Positions 11,706 through 25,901 of a stretch of 64,000 nucleotides of DNA are shown here, in pieces. The stretch comes from Octopus vulgaris (taxonomy: Eukaryota), in assembly GCA_951406725.2 (NCBI GenBank), contig OX597826.1, positions 35,216,001 through 35,280,000 on the forward strand. The letters are read 5' to 3'. A program made the translations under genes and the position numbers. The stretch's first letter is position 1, and the number at the start of each line of letters is the position of its first letter. The notes beneath the pieces are model-generated. The model was not told the origin of the DNA and did no database searches. It worked only from the letters and a program-made list of their open reading frames with translations.

Positions 11706-13510
11706 GTTATGCTGACCTTGTTTCGACAAAGTGCGGCTCTCCAGCGTCCGAACACGGGCCTCTGAATTTAACCACGGAAATATCTTCTGTAGAAAAAACA
11801 AACAACCTCGTAAACCGTCGTATACGTGACCCACCGATGTGAGGACACGGTTTGAAGCAACTTGTTCCTATTGATATGCTGGGGGTTGATCCAAAACCCC
11901 CAACACAGTAAAACAGCAAAAGTTGCTGAAGTAGCGAGTAGAGAAATAGAAGTAGCTCATTCTACAGAGGAACATAGAAGAAACTCCTTGCTCATAATAT
12001 GGATGGATGGACTTACACGCACACATTTACATATAATATACGCATATGTACATATAAACATTCATATATTTTATTGGTGAAGAACGGGAAACAGGAAACT
12101 CGGAGTAGCAACTAAAGCTGATTCAGTTTTGAATTGATCGCATTGCACTCTACCTACCTGTATCGAGTATAATTCTCGCTCAAATGCAATTTGCACCTGA
12201 GTGAACTCCTAATCACACGTTAACACGCACACACACACAGGTACATGTTCAGAAATATACACTTCCACCTGTGTTTGTTGTATATGCGCTCAAATGTATT
12301 TATGCATATGTGTAAATATGTGAGTATGATTCTACAGAGAGAGAGAGAGACAAAGAGAGAGAGAAAGTGATGAAGAGAGAAACTAGGAGTGAGAGAAGGA
12401 GAGAGATAGAAGGAGAGATTGTGAGAGTTAGAAATGAAGATAAAGGTGCATGTTCTCACACAGGTTTCTATGTAGTTGCATGCATGTTTGATCGTATTGA
12501 CAGCTAACCAAGCTGAAACGTGATTGGTCTTCTGTAGCAATATATTTGGGGAATAAAGACTGCAAGGTATGCAATGCAGCCTGACAGTCTAAACCTTTGG
12601 CAAGTGGTTGTTTCATAAAAAGAAACAAACTCCAGTAATTCTCTATTGACGTGCAGGTAATACTTATTGATAGAAACCTTCCTGTTGTGGAGCTGTGTTG
12701 CGAGACCAATGAAAACGAAAACGAAGAAACGAGCAAGAAGATAATGAGAGGAAATTTTAGAAAGGGAGAATAAAAGAAGGAAGAGGAAGAATGCTGATTA
12801 GAATGAAATGGAGAAGAAGATGGGAAAAGGAAGAGGTAACATCCGTCAGAATGATTGGATTAAGTTAAAAATAGATTATCCAACATGGCACGAGATTAAT
12901 TATGTTCCGAAGAATTCCCTCGCTAGCTTCATTCTTTTCCTCTGATTTTATCTTCTCTTCAATTATTGCTTTGTTGATCACTGGTCTCTGGCCATATTTG
13001 TGCATCTCTTCATCTATCGCAAAAAGGAAAGAAAAAACGCAAACACACGCCACCGCCTTCGCATTCTCTCTTCCATATACTCTTTTCACTGACACACTCT
13101 AAACTACGGACACTCTCTCTCTGTCTCTTTCTCTCTCCCTCACTCACACACACACTCTCTCTCTCACACACACACACCCACATACATACACTACTTTCCC
13201 CCGTTTCCTCCATAAATGTGAAGATATAAAGTTACACAAAAACGTAAACCACATTTTCAGTCATTGCTACTGTCTTCAATAGTAAGTCATCTCACGCTAT
13301 GTAGCATAGAATGTAGAATTAATATTGTGTGTATATGAAATTCCAAGATAGCTCACCTATTTATACACATATGTACTCAAACCAGCACATATAAATGTTT
13401 CTGGTCTTAAAAGGATTCTATCCCTTATATATATGTAATAATGTATCTTTCCACTTATTCTACAATATTATGTATGTATACATGCATGTGTAAGTGTGTG
13501 ATTATACGCA

Positions 13511-13589
<79 letters not shown>

Positions 13590-13591
<2 letters not shown>

Positions 13592-13989
13592 GCGCAGGAG
13601 TGGCTGTGTGTAAGTAGCTTGCTTACCAGCCACGTGGTTCCGGGTTCTTTCCCACTGCGTGGCACCTTGACCAAGTGTCTTCTATTACAGCCTCGGGTCA
13701 ACTAAAGCCTTGACAGTGGATTTGAAAGACAGAAACTGAAAGAAGCCTCTCGTATATATATATATATATGTTTGTGTGTCTGTGTTTGTCCCCCACCACC
13801 ACCACCACCATCGCTTCACAACCAATGTTGGTGTGTTTATGCCTCGTAAGCTAGCGGTTCGGCAAAAAGACCGATAGAATAAGTTCTAGGCTTACAAAGA
13901 ATAAGACCTGGGGTCGATCTGTTCGACTGAAGGAGGTGCTCAAGCATGGCCGCAGTCAAATGACTGAAACAGATAAAAGAATAAAAGAA
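13590..13989 (+). mobile_element. SINE family 1, full length
   Basis: AGGCGCAGGAGTGGCTGTGTG head, internal (TA)n/(TG)n, tail GACTGAAACAGATAAAAGAATAAAAG. Confidence 0.9.
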
Positions 13990-14387
13990 CATGTAAATGT
14001 CGAACGATATTATATGTGTGTGTGTTTGTGTGTATGTGTGTGTGTGTGTAGTATCAAGATTAATAGAGAGAATAATTAAGAACTTGGAATAACGGTAAGG
14101 AGTAACTATTTACTACTGAAAACATAAAGTACTCTTCAGGCCCTGAGTAAACTATTTCAGTAAGGTATACAGTCACACATGCATGTATGTGTGTATATGT
14201 ATGCATGTGTGTGTGTGAATATGTGTGTATGTATGTCTCTGTCTGCGTGCGAGTGTATGCATGCATAGATGTATTGAACAAATTTTCCTTTGCCTTACTG
14301 GGCAATATACGTCTGTTTCTTGTTGATATACAAACCATCCTCGATAGTATTTGTGTGTGTACTTTTACGTATATATATATATATAAA

Positions 14388-15333
14388 CAGGGGTTGGGCA
14401 AAATAATGGAAACACCTACCATCATAGCATCATAATTTTGAAATAACTATAAAGGCGTCAAAAGCTTGTTTATTCTTATGTATTTTTTTAATTTATTATT
14501 AGTGTTGCTTAATGTGTTTTGCTAAAATTGCTGTTTCTTTTTAAATATCATCAAAAAAAGAAGGTAATTAAAATTCATTAAAATGACAGATCTATCGGAC
14601 TTTCAAATAGGTCAAATCTTGGTGTTCGTATGGCAGGCGTTAGCGTAAAAGAAAACAGCCGAAATACTTGGTGTATCAAGAAGTACTGTTTTGAAAGTAA
14701 TGACAACCTTGAGAAAGAGGGAAAACCCTTCACGTCGAAACAAAACTTCGGAAGAAAAACAAAACTTTCAGATAAGGACCATCGGACTCTTAAGCGAATT
14801 GTTAGAAAGGATCACAAAAGTACAGCTCCCAAAATTACTTCAGAGCTCAATGACCACCTCGAGAACCCAGTTTCCACAAAAACTGTTCGCCAGAAGCTGC
14901 ACAAAGCCGGATTTCACGGGAGGGCTGTAATCAGAAAACCTCGACTCTCAAAAACAAATGTTGCAAGGTGTTTAGAGTGGAGTAAAAACCTACAGAATTG
15001 ATCACTAGAGCGGTGGAAGAATGTTATTTTCTCGGACTAGTCATCCTTTACCTTATTTCCTAACCACAGGCCGAGTATACGTGTGAAGAAAGTTAAAAAA
15101 AAAGCACTTGACCCAGACTGCCTTCTTCCAACTATTAAACACGGAGGAGGATCTGTGATGATCTGGGCAGCTATATCTAGGAAATCCTCTAGCCCAATGG
15201 TTTCCCTTCATAGCAGAATTAATAATCAAGACTATTTAAGCATTTTATCTGATCAAATTCATCCTATGGTTGCGGATCTGTTTCCGGAGGGGAAAGGCAA
15301 TCTTTCGGGATAATAATGCACCAATTCACACAG
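14388..15333 (+). pseudogene. Tc1-family transposon, 3'-truncated, with frameshifted transposase
   Basis: Left TIR CAGGGGTTGGGCAAAATAATGGAAACACC follows (TA)n. ATG at 14583 (MTDLSDFQIGQI), HTH TAEILGVSRSTV, then LHKAGFHGRAVIRKP, WKNVIFSD*SSF, PTIKHGGGSVMIWAAIS and DNNAPIHT. Stops and frameshifts are present; no third catalytic residue or right TIR. Confidence 0.93.
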
Positions 15334-15399
15334 GTAATATATAGTTATAGAATTAAAGGTAATGTTATTGCTACTTCGGAGTAATCCTTATTTTTAATA

Positions 15400-15558
15400 C
15401 TCTTTTCTACTCTAGGCACAAGGCCCGAAATTTGGGGGAGGGGGCGGTCGATCAGATCAACCACAGTACGCAACTGGTACTTAATTTATCGACCCTGGAA
15501 GGATGAAAAGCAAAGTCAACCTCGGCGGAATTTGAACTCAGAACGTAAAGACAGACGA
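15400..15558 (-). mobile_element. SINE family 2, 5'-truncated
   Basis: 14-bp TSD CCTTATTTTTAATA at 15386-15399 and 15559-15572. Confidence 0.85.
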
Positions 15559-18500
15559 CCTTATTTTTAATATTGTTAGTATTTATACTGCAGCAAATCT
15601 ATATGGTTAAAAAAATATATTCAGAACTATCCAACGGAATATTCCTCTAATTTCTTATCTTATAAGAATTTTATTGGTTTTGTATATTAATTGTTGAATA
15701 ACATATTTTGAGAGCAAACTGGTGATCTTCACTCTTTTTCTTTCCAACAACCCATTCTCCTCCAGACTAACCACTACATCAAGTCAATCCTCAGCAAGAC
15801 TTCATCTCGAGAATTTCTTCGACACACCTATCTTGCGTGGAAATGTCGATATTGGAAGGTTAATTAATAGGTTCATTCCCACCGGCGAAAGACAAAATAC
15901 AAAAACTGTGCTCCGTCCTCTAGATCCAGCGAGCAATTAAAATATTTCGGTTGAACGGCTGGGAAAAGGTGAAAGTTTCCTTGTTTTGGTCTTGGACAGT
16001 CGATTCGCTCGAAATCGTTGCATCGAAGCAATTTAGGAACTAGCTCGATTTGGCATCATAAAAATCCAACATATTTCGTTTTAAATATAGGAATTAAAAT
16101 TTTCACTCATGCAATAAAATGTATTTTGGGGGTGGGTATATTTTCTTCGAAACGTTGCAGGAATATATATAATGACATTAATTCACTTCTCTAATCATTG
16201 TAAAGTATTAGAATAAGTGATTTTGCTTGTGATTCGGTTCAGATATATCCTTTTATGGTATTACTGATTCCTAAGTACAAAACAAGGGACAGCTTGAAAC
16301 AAACACACATTAATTTTCATATGGATGGGTCTGTGCGTGATGTATGAATATATGTATGTATGTATGTATGCATGTATGTATGTATGTTGTAATTATGTAT
16401 GTATAATGTTAGTTTTCATGTCACGTTCAGGATTACTCAATATGTTCCGTAACTTTTACGACTAAAAGGCTGACAGTGACTTTGATTAGCTCTTCTTCGT
16501 CAAATTGACTGATGATGCCGAGCAAGTCGAAAATCTCAATCACTTTAAAACTCTTCCTCGTAGAGGTTAAGATGTACATATACACACAGGTATAATTATA
16601 GAGCAAAAGAGATTAAGCCAAAAGGAACACAAATGGTATCGACACTCTAGAATGAAGAAAAAGAGTGAACAAAAAGGCTTATTTCGCTTCGAGTATTCAC
16701 ATCGCATCAGAAAAATAGGAAAGACAAGGGCAGAAACGAACGGAGAATTTAAAATAGAGAAATAGAAACGTGGGTGTATCCAACCGTCACAGCATGGTCT
16801 CTGTACGTACGTACGTACGTATGTATGTATGTATGTATGTATGTATGTATGTATGTATGTATGTATGTATGTATGTATGTATGTATCCATCTGTCTCTCT
16901 TACTCTCCCTCTCTCTATATATATATATACATACAGATAGATAGATAAATAGATAGACAGATAGAACGATCGATAAATAGATATGTGTATGTATATATAA
17001 ATAGGTATGTATATGTATGTGTATATACATATATAAATACAAATATATGTAAATATATACATATTTATATAAACATACATATATACATACTATGTACATA
17101 AACAACGTACTTATATAGTTTAAAGATACAAGTTACTATAGTCTCTGGCTTTGGAGACACTCGTCTAGGCAAGTATTTTACGCTGTTTTCAAATAAGGAC
17201 GTTACTACAAGAGAAACCATGAAAGAAAAAATAAAACGAGAAGATAGATGCAAAAAGAGGTAGGGTGAACACAAACTATTCTTTTTGCATTCCATTTCTG
17301 TTCAACCTTCCAATTTTGTATTTTCTTTCTCGTTATTTTTCGAGAATTCTCTTGTACCAGCGTCCTGATTTTCCAATCGAATAGACGAATATACTAAGAG
17401 CCTGAGATGGCTCGGAGACACAAAGTATGTTATAAAAGCCTGCCTAACCCTGTCTCTCCATAACATGACAATATTAGTACCTTGTATCTTTATACTATGT
17501 ACAGTAAATATCTTGTCTCTCACTGGCTTAAGGACTTTTTTATTGATCTTACCTTAACGTAGAAGTATACTTACACGCACATATATGTACATATATATAT
17601 ATGTGTATGTATATGCATATATACATATATATGTGTGCATCTATATCTGCGTGTATGCTTGTGTGTGTGTGCATCTGCGGACCAGGTTTTAGCATTCTGG
17701 CGGCAGAATTATTGTTACTCACTACTGTATCCAACTTCGATCAAGATATCATTCGTGCAGTGTCTTCGCATTAAAACTCTTAGCTTTCATCTAAATCTTT
17801 AAAATCAATACTCAACATCGTTACTGACAATCTTACGTTCAATAATCGCAAAGAATATTTATTTATTTATTTATTTATTCATTTGTTGATAGTTCTAACT
17901 TTCTCTTATTAATGACTGAACGAGAATTGAAAGATTCTTTGAACTTTCACCTTTTAAAGCAATATTTGAAGGATAACTGTTTTATTTACCCACGTATATA
18001 CATCTGCAGGCAGATATCTACTGCTCTTTCACGTTCCTGCAACTTTTCAGTGTGAGATTGTTAACAGATCATGAATGAACCTGCCATAACATGAAAAGGC
18101 AGAATCGTTGTAACAGAATCTTCGCCGTTACTTACGATCGAGTTTGACCTCGTAGAGTTTATCCCGTTTTCTATAACTATTTTAGGTGACAATGTGATTA
18201 CAAGCAGATATCATTCAACTACGGCAGCAGTTGAATAATATTCTTAAGACCACAATTTATTAACACGCAGCATCTTTCAGAGCTTGTCGCTAATTCAGTT
18301 CTTAACCAAACTGAAAGTTAAATTTTGGCATATAAAACTGAGATTTGATCCAGTAGAAAAAAGCTTACGTCAAAATTTGTAGCAACGTTATAGGAGAGTA
18401 GGTAACGCCACCAACCATGTTTGGATCTAAGTTACCTTTTTTTAATTTTAAAAGAAAAATATATTTATTTTGACTTAAACGACAGAAGAAATGTAAGTTG

Positions 18501-18653
18501 TCAGGAAACCCACACGTGATTTGATTTGAGTGTTGAAGGCTTGTGTAGAACCGACCACACTTTCTGGAAGTGATGATAGCAAGAACAACATACCTCAGGT
18601 TTTTTCATCACAGGTTTCCATCTCTTAGACAAGCCGCTGTACACACACACATA

Positions 18654-18730
<77 letters not shown>

Positions 18731-19049
18731 GAGCACTGGAAAAGTGCTCTATTCAACACTTCAAAACACATTGACCGAACATACAGAAACGTGTGGTCAG
18801 ACAATGTTTCTAATTTTTCTTTTCCCCAAACTACATGACACAAGTGAGGTTGGAAGAGAGGTAAGTGAAAAACGTTTCATTAAATGTTCAAACCTGTTCT
18901 GAACGGAAATAACAATAACAACCAGTTAATGAAATGGACTAAAAAATATGTGTAACATATGAATATAAACAAATTACAGAGTGAGATAAAAAAACGATCG
19001 AAACCAACTAAGTTTGCTCACTCATAAAACCATTACATGTAAACTGCAA

Positions 19050-19140
19050 GCTAATTGGTTAAAATAAAGGCGGGATCTACGCCAGTATTATCAGTCTGCC
19101 TGACAAAATGACGTTTAAGCTGCATGCGGATTGGTCAAAA
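19050..19140 (-). promoter_or_regulatory. Candidate promoter (two CCAAT boxes, GC-box-like motif, TGACGT)
   Basis: ATTGG at 19054 and 19130, GGCGGG at 19069 and TGACGT at 19109 in non-repetitive DNA. Motif evidence only. Confidence 0.3.
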
Positions 19141-19738
19141 CCGGTTTCGAAAACATTTTCTCGGAGCCTTCTAAAAGTCATTTCACTAAAGTTGTCAAGA
19201 ACTCAACTGTCAGTGAATTATAATTTGAAATCTGATGATTACTATGAACGTATGAAAGCACTAATTGAACTTTATGAACATTACTAAATAATTTTTTTAA
19301 TGTTTAAACACACTTCAACATTGTAAAGAATTTTATTTCAACATACAATACTAAACAAAGTGAAACCAGAACATGTTGTAACTATATATATATAATATCT
19401 ACATAGTCGATTGATTTCGCTTGTGCTAATCACGACTAAGAAGTGTTACAATTTCATACTATCATAAATTTATATTCCATGTTAGCAGGAAACACACACA
19501 AATATATATACATACATCCATACCTATATACATATTTGCAAATTATCATTCATCGTAAATATCGTACATTTCTCGTTTTTTTATTATGATGATTGGTTTT
19601 ATTTTTCTACGGAGAAACTCTGTTTAAACCTGTATTCTTAAAGTACATCAACGTAAAGAATATTGAAATTAGACTCATTGCATATTTTACACCAACATAC
19701 ACTTATATGCATATATATACAAATATATATATATACAA

Positions 19739-19802
<64 letters not shown>

Positions 19803-19821
19803 ATGTATATGTATATATATG

Positions 19822-19852
<31 letters not shown>

Positions 19853-19857
19853 GTGTG

Positions 19858-19893
<36 letters not shown>

Positions 19894-20449
19894 TGTATGT
19901 ATATATGTATACATGTTTCCATGCACAAACACAAATACGGATACACACATTCACACACACCCTTAAATAAAAGTACATATTCCTGGAAGTATTTATCTAT
20001 ATGCGTGTGTTTGCATGTCTCTATATATCACCACTATTTCAACATCAAACTATAGGTTCTCTATCAAATGAACAAATGACACATTTTTTAATATATTTTT
20101 GTACGTTGTCGCGTATATCTGGGTGACGTTCTCCTGATAGAAATGCAGAATACTTCGTCGACGATATCATTATCTCATTGAAAATCCCAAGTTATTTGCA
20201 GAGTAAATAAATGGATGTTGCAAGGTTTATTACTTTTCCGAGACCATTAGCTGCATAAGTAACCTAAAAATGGCTCGAGGCAGAACTATACACGAGTGCT
20301 GGTTTCCTTTTATTCAATGGTTTGGCATCAACAGTAAGCAGTATCCAAATAGAAGCACACACATATGCAATAAATAAACATGAACATACACGTGAACGTA
20401 AGTATATCTGATACAAGTACATCTGATATATGGATACATATATATGTAT

Positions 20450-20511
<62 letters not shown>

Positions 20512-20537
20512 GTATATATGTATATATATATATCTGT

Positions 20538-20617
<80 letters not shown>

Positions 20618-20994
20618 GTAATATGGGTTACTTTGAGAGTCATTCATATACGAATGATCGTAGCTGCTTGTAAAATATCTGATTGGATTGGCATTGCCTT
20701 TTTAATCTGGTAGATCACTAAATCCATGGTCATAACATATATATCCAGAGCACAATGAATCACCATGGATTTTCTCGATGGAGAGAATTAATACATTAAC
20801 GATGCATAGAATATTTTATCTAAAATATGAGGGAGATTATATTGATTAATGTAGTCAATGTTAGAACAGTGGATAATAAAAGAGGTAAGTACTCTTTCAG
20901 GACCATAATGCTTTCGTATGTACAATGCGAAATAGTATGTACAAACTTTATGACACAAAGAATATTGTATGAATGCTGATACAGCATATGCTTA

Positions 20995-21030
<36 letters not shown>

Positions 21031-21436
21031 TATGTGGGTGCATTTGTTAGTGTATGCGCACGCGTACGTCTGCCCATTACAAACCGCTAATTGCAAACTG
21101 CTGTTTATATTTATTTTATACATATATATATAGTCTCGAATTTTTGTGAATGTGTATAGAATAATATATCAGTTGAATAAAGTTAAAACATGATCTGGTT
21201 TCCACGTTCTTTATTATGGAATTTTAACATTAAAATATATATTTTGTAATGTTCATAAAGTTAAATTAGCGCTTTCATACATATTCAAATGTGTTTAAGT
21301 GACAGTTGACTTCTTGACAACTTTAGTACCACTTATAACTATATATGTACATACACACATATTTTGATCAGTCTAATTCGCTTATCCCTTTATTTATCTC
21401 TCTCCCTCTCTCTCTCTCTCTCTGTATATATATATA

Positions 21437-22403
21437 CATTGTGTTCGACGTCCTTTTGGTGTCCTGTACTCATATATGCGTGTATATGTACATGTAGAGG
21501 TAGGTACGTACATATATGTTCATATATATATGCATATGTTTTATTTTATTTATTAATATATTATATGACGAAACGCACGAACCCTTTTAAGTAAGATTGT
21601 TCTTTATATCAAGTTTTGTTCTTGATATTAACTTTGATGCGCACTCTTAACCTTTCTGTCCCATCCCTTTCTCAGCCTTCATTCTTTGATTTCCTTTTCC
21701 TCTACTTAACTTGTCTCTTCCTCTCTCTCTCATTCTTCACTCTCTCTCTCAGCCTCTCCATTCTTCATGGTTTCCTCGCAGCCATTCCCCTTCTTCTCTC
21801 CCTTTCTCTTGCTCCTCCTCCCCCCTCCCGTCGTTGACCTGCGACGAGACTTCCGCTGCTGTCTTTATGGCCTGGCCCTCTCAAGGTATGGACGACAATT
21901 CTTTTTGCTCGGCTCGTCGTTCATAAAAAAACCCGCGTTTGCAATACTTTTTTTCGTTCGGCGTTAACAGCCCTTCTTATCTTCATTTTCCTTGTCCTGT
22001 CTTTTACTGTTTATAATTTGTACTGTCGTTACTGTCCTGTTTTTGTTACCATTTTTACCCCTCTGCGAAAAAATCTCAGAATTTTAATTGATTTGCTTTT
22101 CGCAGGAAGGAAAGTTTCTTGTCGAAGATACGTCTCGCTTTTATCCTTCGAAACGTAGAGTAGATGAAACCATAGCGACTGAAGAAAGGGTTTTTTCTTT
22201 GTGTTAATTGTCCTGTACTCTATTTTTTTGTTCTTTAAAAAATGCCCAGTTCCTTTGGTTTGTATCTATGTTTTCGTTTCTCATTGTGTTCTACGTCCTT
22301 TTGGTGTCCTGTACTCATATATGCGTGTATATGTACATGTAGAGGTAGGCACGTACATATATGTTTATATATATGCATGTGTTTTATTTTATTTATTAAT
22401 ATA
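21437..22403 (+). mobile_element. Penelope-like remnant with directly repeated partial pLTR
   Basis: About 124-bp direct repeat (21437-21561 and 22282-22403), CT-rich interior, hammerhead-like TTGTCGA...GAAACGTA at 22119-22157, and (TA)n flanks. Confidence 0.6.
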
Positions 22404-23726
22404 TATATATATATAATTATATTATATTATACAGCAGCGATAGCGGTAGTATTAATACAGAATGGCTATTCTAATTCACGTGGATGTATGTCTAGAACAT
22501 CGCTATACTTCGGTGGTAACCTTGAGAAATCCTTACATGTAAACTTATATTGTTAAGAAGCATTGACATATCGGTGGCAGAGGTGAGATTGTCCGGTCGT
22601 GGCGATGGCAGAGCCAGGTCACGTGGCTTCAGCGTATTTACCCTCCATCGATTATAGGCATCCACTTACTTCATGCTAGTCAAATGTTACTCCCAGCCAA
22701 ATACAGAAAAAAACGTGACCAATCAAGTCACAGACGTCCCAAAGCAATGTATGAATCCTAAAGTTTATTTATATATTTTTCATATAAAATAAGAGTTGTG
22801 TAACATGTGGCGTTGATTGCCCTTTAAAAAAAGTAGAAAGTTTAAAAGAAACTCATATTTCTGGAAAATCTTTGTATCGGTTTAAATATAACGAATAAAT
22901 TTGGAAATATTTTCGAATTTTAGAAACAGACATGTATATATCTTTTTTATCTACGCTTCGAAGTACGTTCTTCAAGTTATTACAAATGTGTTTAAATTAT
23001 AAAAGCCGAGGCATCATTTCACCATTTCTTACTTGGATTTTCCCCATAAATGATCTTCAACACGTTGGGTGTATCTTAACAATTTCAGTGTTGATAAGTT
23101 GAAGCCAGGATTTGTACATGTGCCAATAAGGCATAATAAAATTGTTATAAGAAATACAGAAATGTCTAAAATATGTTAGTTGAGAAATCTCTTATTTCAC
23201 TGCGGTACAAGTTCCCTGAATCTCACGTTTAAGCCGAGCTCAAAATACCTCAAAATATCTTTTTGACTTTATGGAATTTCAGAGAGTCAACTAGAGGGTA
23301 ATTTTGCACGGTCTAAGCTAGTGACGGATTGGGATCCCATTCAGAGGTATTTTTATGATATCAATTATTCACAGACCATGGAAAGAAGGTAGCCGGTTTG
23401 ATGAATCCTATGACAGGATACACTTAATTTCAATTGGGTATGCATTGCCTGCTTCTTTCCCGCTGCTTTTTCATGTTTCTACAAACATCAAAATTAACAG
23501 CCATTTTTGTGATAACGGATGAGCAATACCTGCTGAAAAATGAGAGAATAGATAGTGAAAGAAGTTGCGTTGTTTGAAATTAATATTTGCTTTAGCGATT
23601 GTCAATATTAAGACGTTGACTTTGAATAAACAATCAACTGATAAAAGCTTGTTCCGTCAAATATATTCATAGGACAGATTTCCCGGATTTTCCGGCGTAT
23701 GTATCCACTCTTGGACGTTCCTGAAT

Positions 23727-23850
23727 GAACGGGAGTAATGTGAAATGAAATTTCTTGCTCAAGAACACAACGTCTCACTAGACCCAGGAATCGAAACCAT
23801 AATCTTAAAGATTGAGTCAAACACCCCTAATCACTAAACCACGTAACTCC
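23727..23850 (-). mobile_element. SINE head H1/CORE-like fragment
   Basis: TTGCTCAAGAACACAAC...GGAATCGAAACC...CACTAAACCAC resembles 7340-7469. Confidence 0.6.
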
Positions 23851-24135
23851 GCAAACAACAAGTTAATGATGGCAGGTAACATCTTCCAATTCTTTCGAGC
23901 AACACATTTACACGTTGAATACATGGCTGTATCTTGTGACTTGATAACTATTGGGGAACATATCTAGGAACTTAAGAGAGGTACCGCTTAAATTGAAACT
24001 TTCATATACACGGCCACTATTTTCAAATAAATGTAGCTGTTGGCACATGCATAATTCCATGTGCTGACAGCATGAGTTCATGCGCCATACAGCCACACAC
24101 ATATATATATATATATATACATTTATATACACTTG

Positions 24136-24174
<39 letters not shown>

Positions 24175-25047
24175 CTATATATATAATATTGAGTATATAA
24201 ATTTGTCTGCTGACAAAACACTACATTGAAATATACTATTGCATGCGTGTATATTGATATTACATTAATATAAATATAGAGAATTAGTGAATAAAGAACT
24301 ATGTACAGTTGCTGTCATATATAACATCACATACACGCGTACACACTAGTACATACACACTCACACATACATAGTGATCCTTTGCTGCACATACACGTGC
24401 AAAACTATATGTATATTACTATCGTGTAGATAAACATGCATGGACACGCACATATAAATGCATATGTGCATATATTAATAAGTGAAAAACTCACCCTGAA
24501 TACACACATGCACGCATGCATACATACACACACGCCAATAGCACAAATAAACAAGCATGTTTTATAAACAGGTTATAATCAAGTATACACGGAACATGCA
24601 TGCAATTTGCATGTCCATCCATAGGAAGGCTACGGTAAGAGATAAGCATCAGTAAAGAAAGAAAGAAACGAACAAAGACAAGAAATGAAGGCAAGAATAA
24701 GAGAAAGCGAGAGAAAGAGGGAAAATATATAAAACAAGAATAAAGAAAATCAGTAAAGATGAAAGATAAAGAGAACTGGGAAGAGATTACGGATTAGTAT
24801 TTGTAGAGGCTCAGGTAAAAATTTCCCATGTAAGATAATAGGAATAAATATAACAATTTTTTTTTATCCAAACGTTCCCTTCCCATCTTCTTGCTACAAT
24901 CATATTAGTTTTAATTCTACTAATCCAAACAAAAGCGAATGTTTTTCCTGTCTTCGAGTATTTCTTTCATTCTTTTCTTTCTTTCTCTATTCCCTTAATC
25001 TAAATTCCTTCTCCCTTTCTCATAATTCTGTTTTGCTTCTGCTATAC

Positions 25048-25093
<46 letters not shown>

Positions 25094-25430
25094 TATTATT
25101 ACACAGGGAGTTTGGATGCATGTTTATTAAATATACGCATATGAACTTACAGTTTACAAACGCACGGGCAGTATCACCGTAATTATACTTCGTACACCTT
25201 GTCGCCAAATATACTAGCACATTCGAGCAGAATCAGTGTTTTTACAAATGGATGTCTTGTGACGTAACTCTATGGTATTTTCCCTCTTAGAAGGATGAAC
25301 TGCAGTTGATATTCTTCAGAGACAATCAAACTCTGCGAGCAATAATCGATCTGTTCGCCGCGTAAGAACAACTTAGTCGTGCCTCCACAAAATCTATTTA
25401 TACCGCAGTTGCAGGAAATATAAGCTTGTG

Positions 25431-25493
<63 letters not shown>

Positions 25494-25510
25494 GGCAATC
25501 CACCGCTGTC

Positions 25511-25556
25511 TTTGCTAAGGCTTACTTTAAGAATTTGCTAAGGCTTACTTTAAGAA
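25511..25556. repeat. Perfect 23-bp tandem duplication
   Basis: TTTGCTAAGGCTTACTTTAAGAA x2. Confidence 0.9.
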
Positions 25557-25901
25557 TTAAAACATTAAGAAATTGTCGCAAGAAAAAAAAGAAAACCAGA
25601 ATTTTCCTAAATGAAAAGAAACGGTTTGAAAAATGGCATAAAATACAAAATCTAATGCATTGTAAATGCTTGTTTCTGAGAGATATTTAATTGTTCGATA
25701 TCTAGCACCAAGTGTTGTGGAAGACAGATCATAAGAAGAATATCGAACGTTTTACAAGAATCACTGATTCTGTGAATGTTCTTCAAACTTCCATACATTA
25801 TATTTCATAAACACATCTTCACAATACAATGAGTATTCTTTACAATGCATTTCAGTCCTGAAATGCATTTTGAAAATTATCTATATTCTTGTAATAAAGA
25901 T

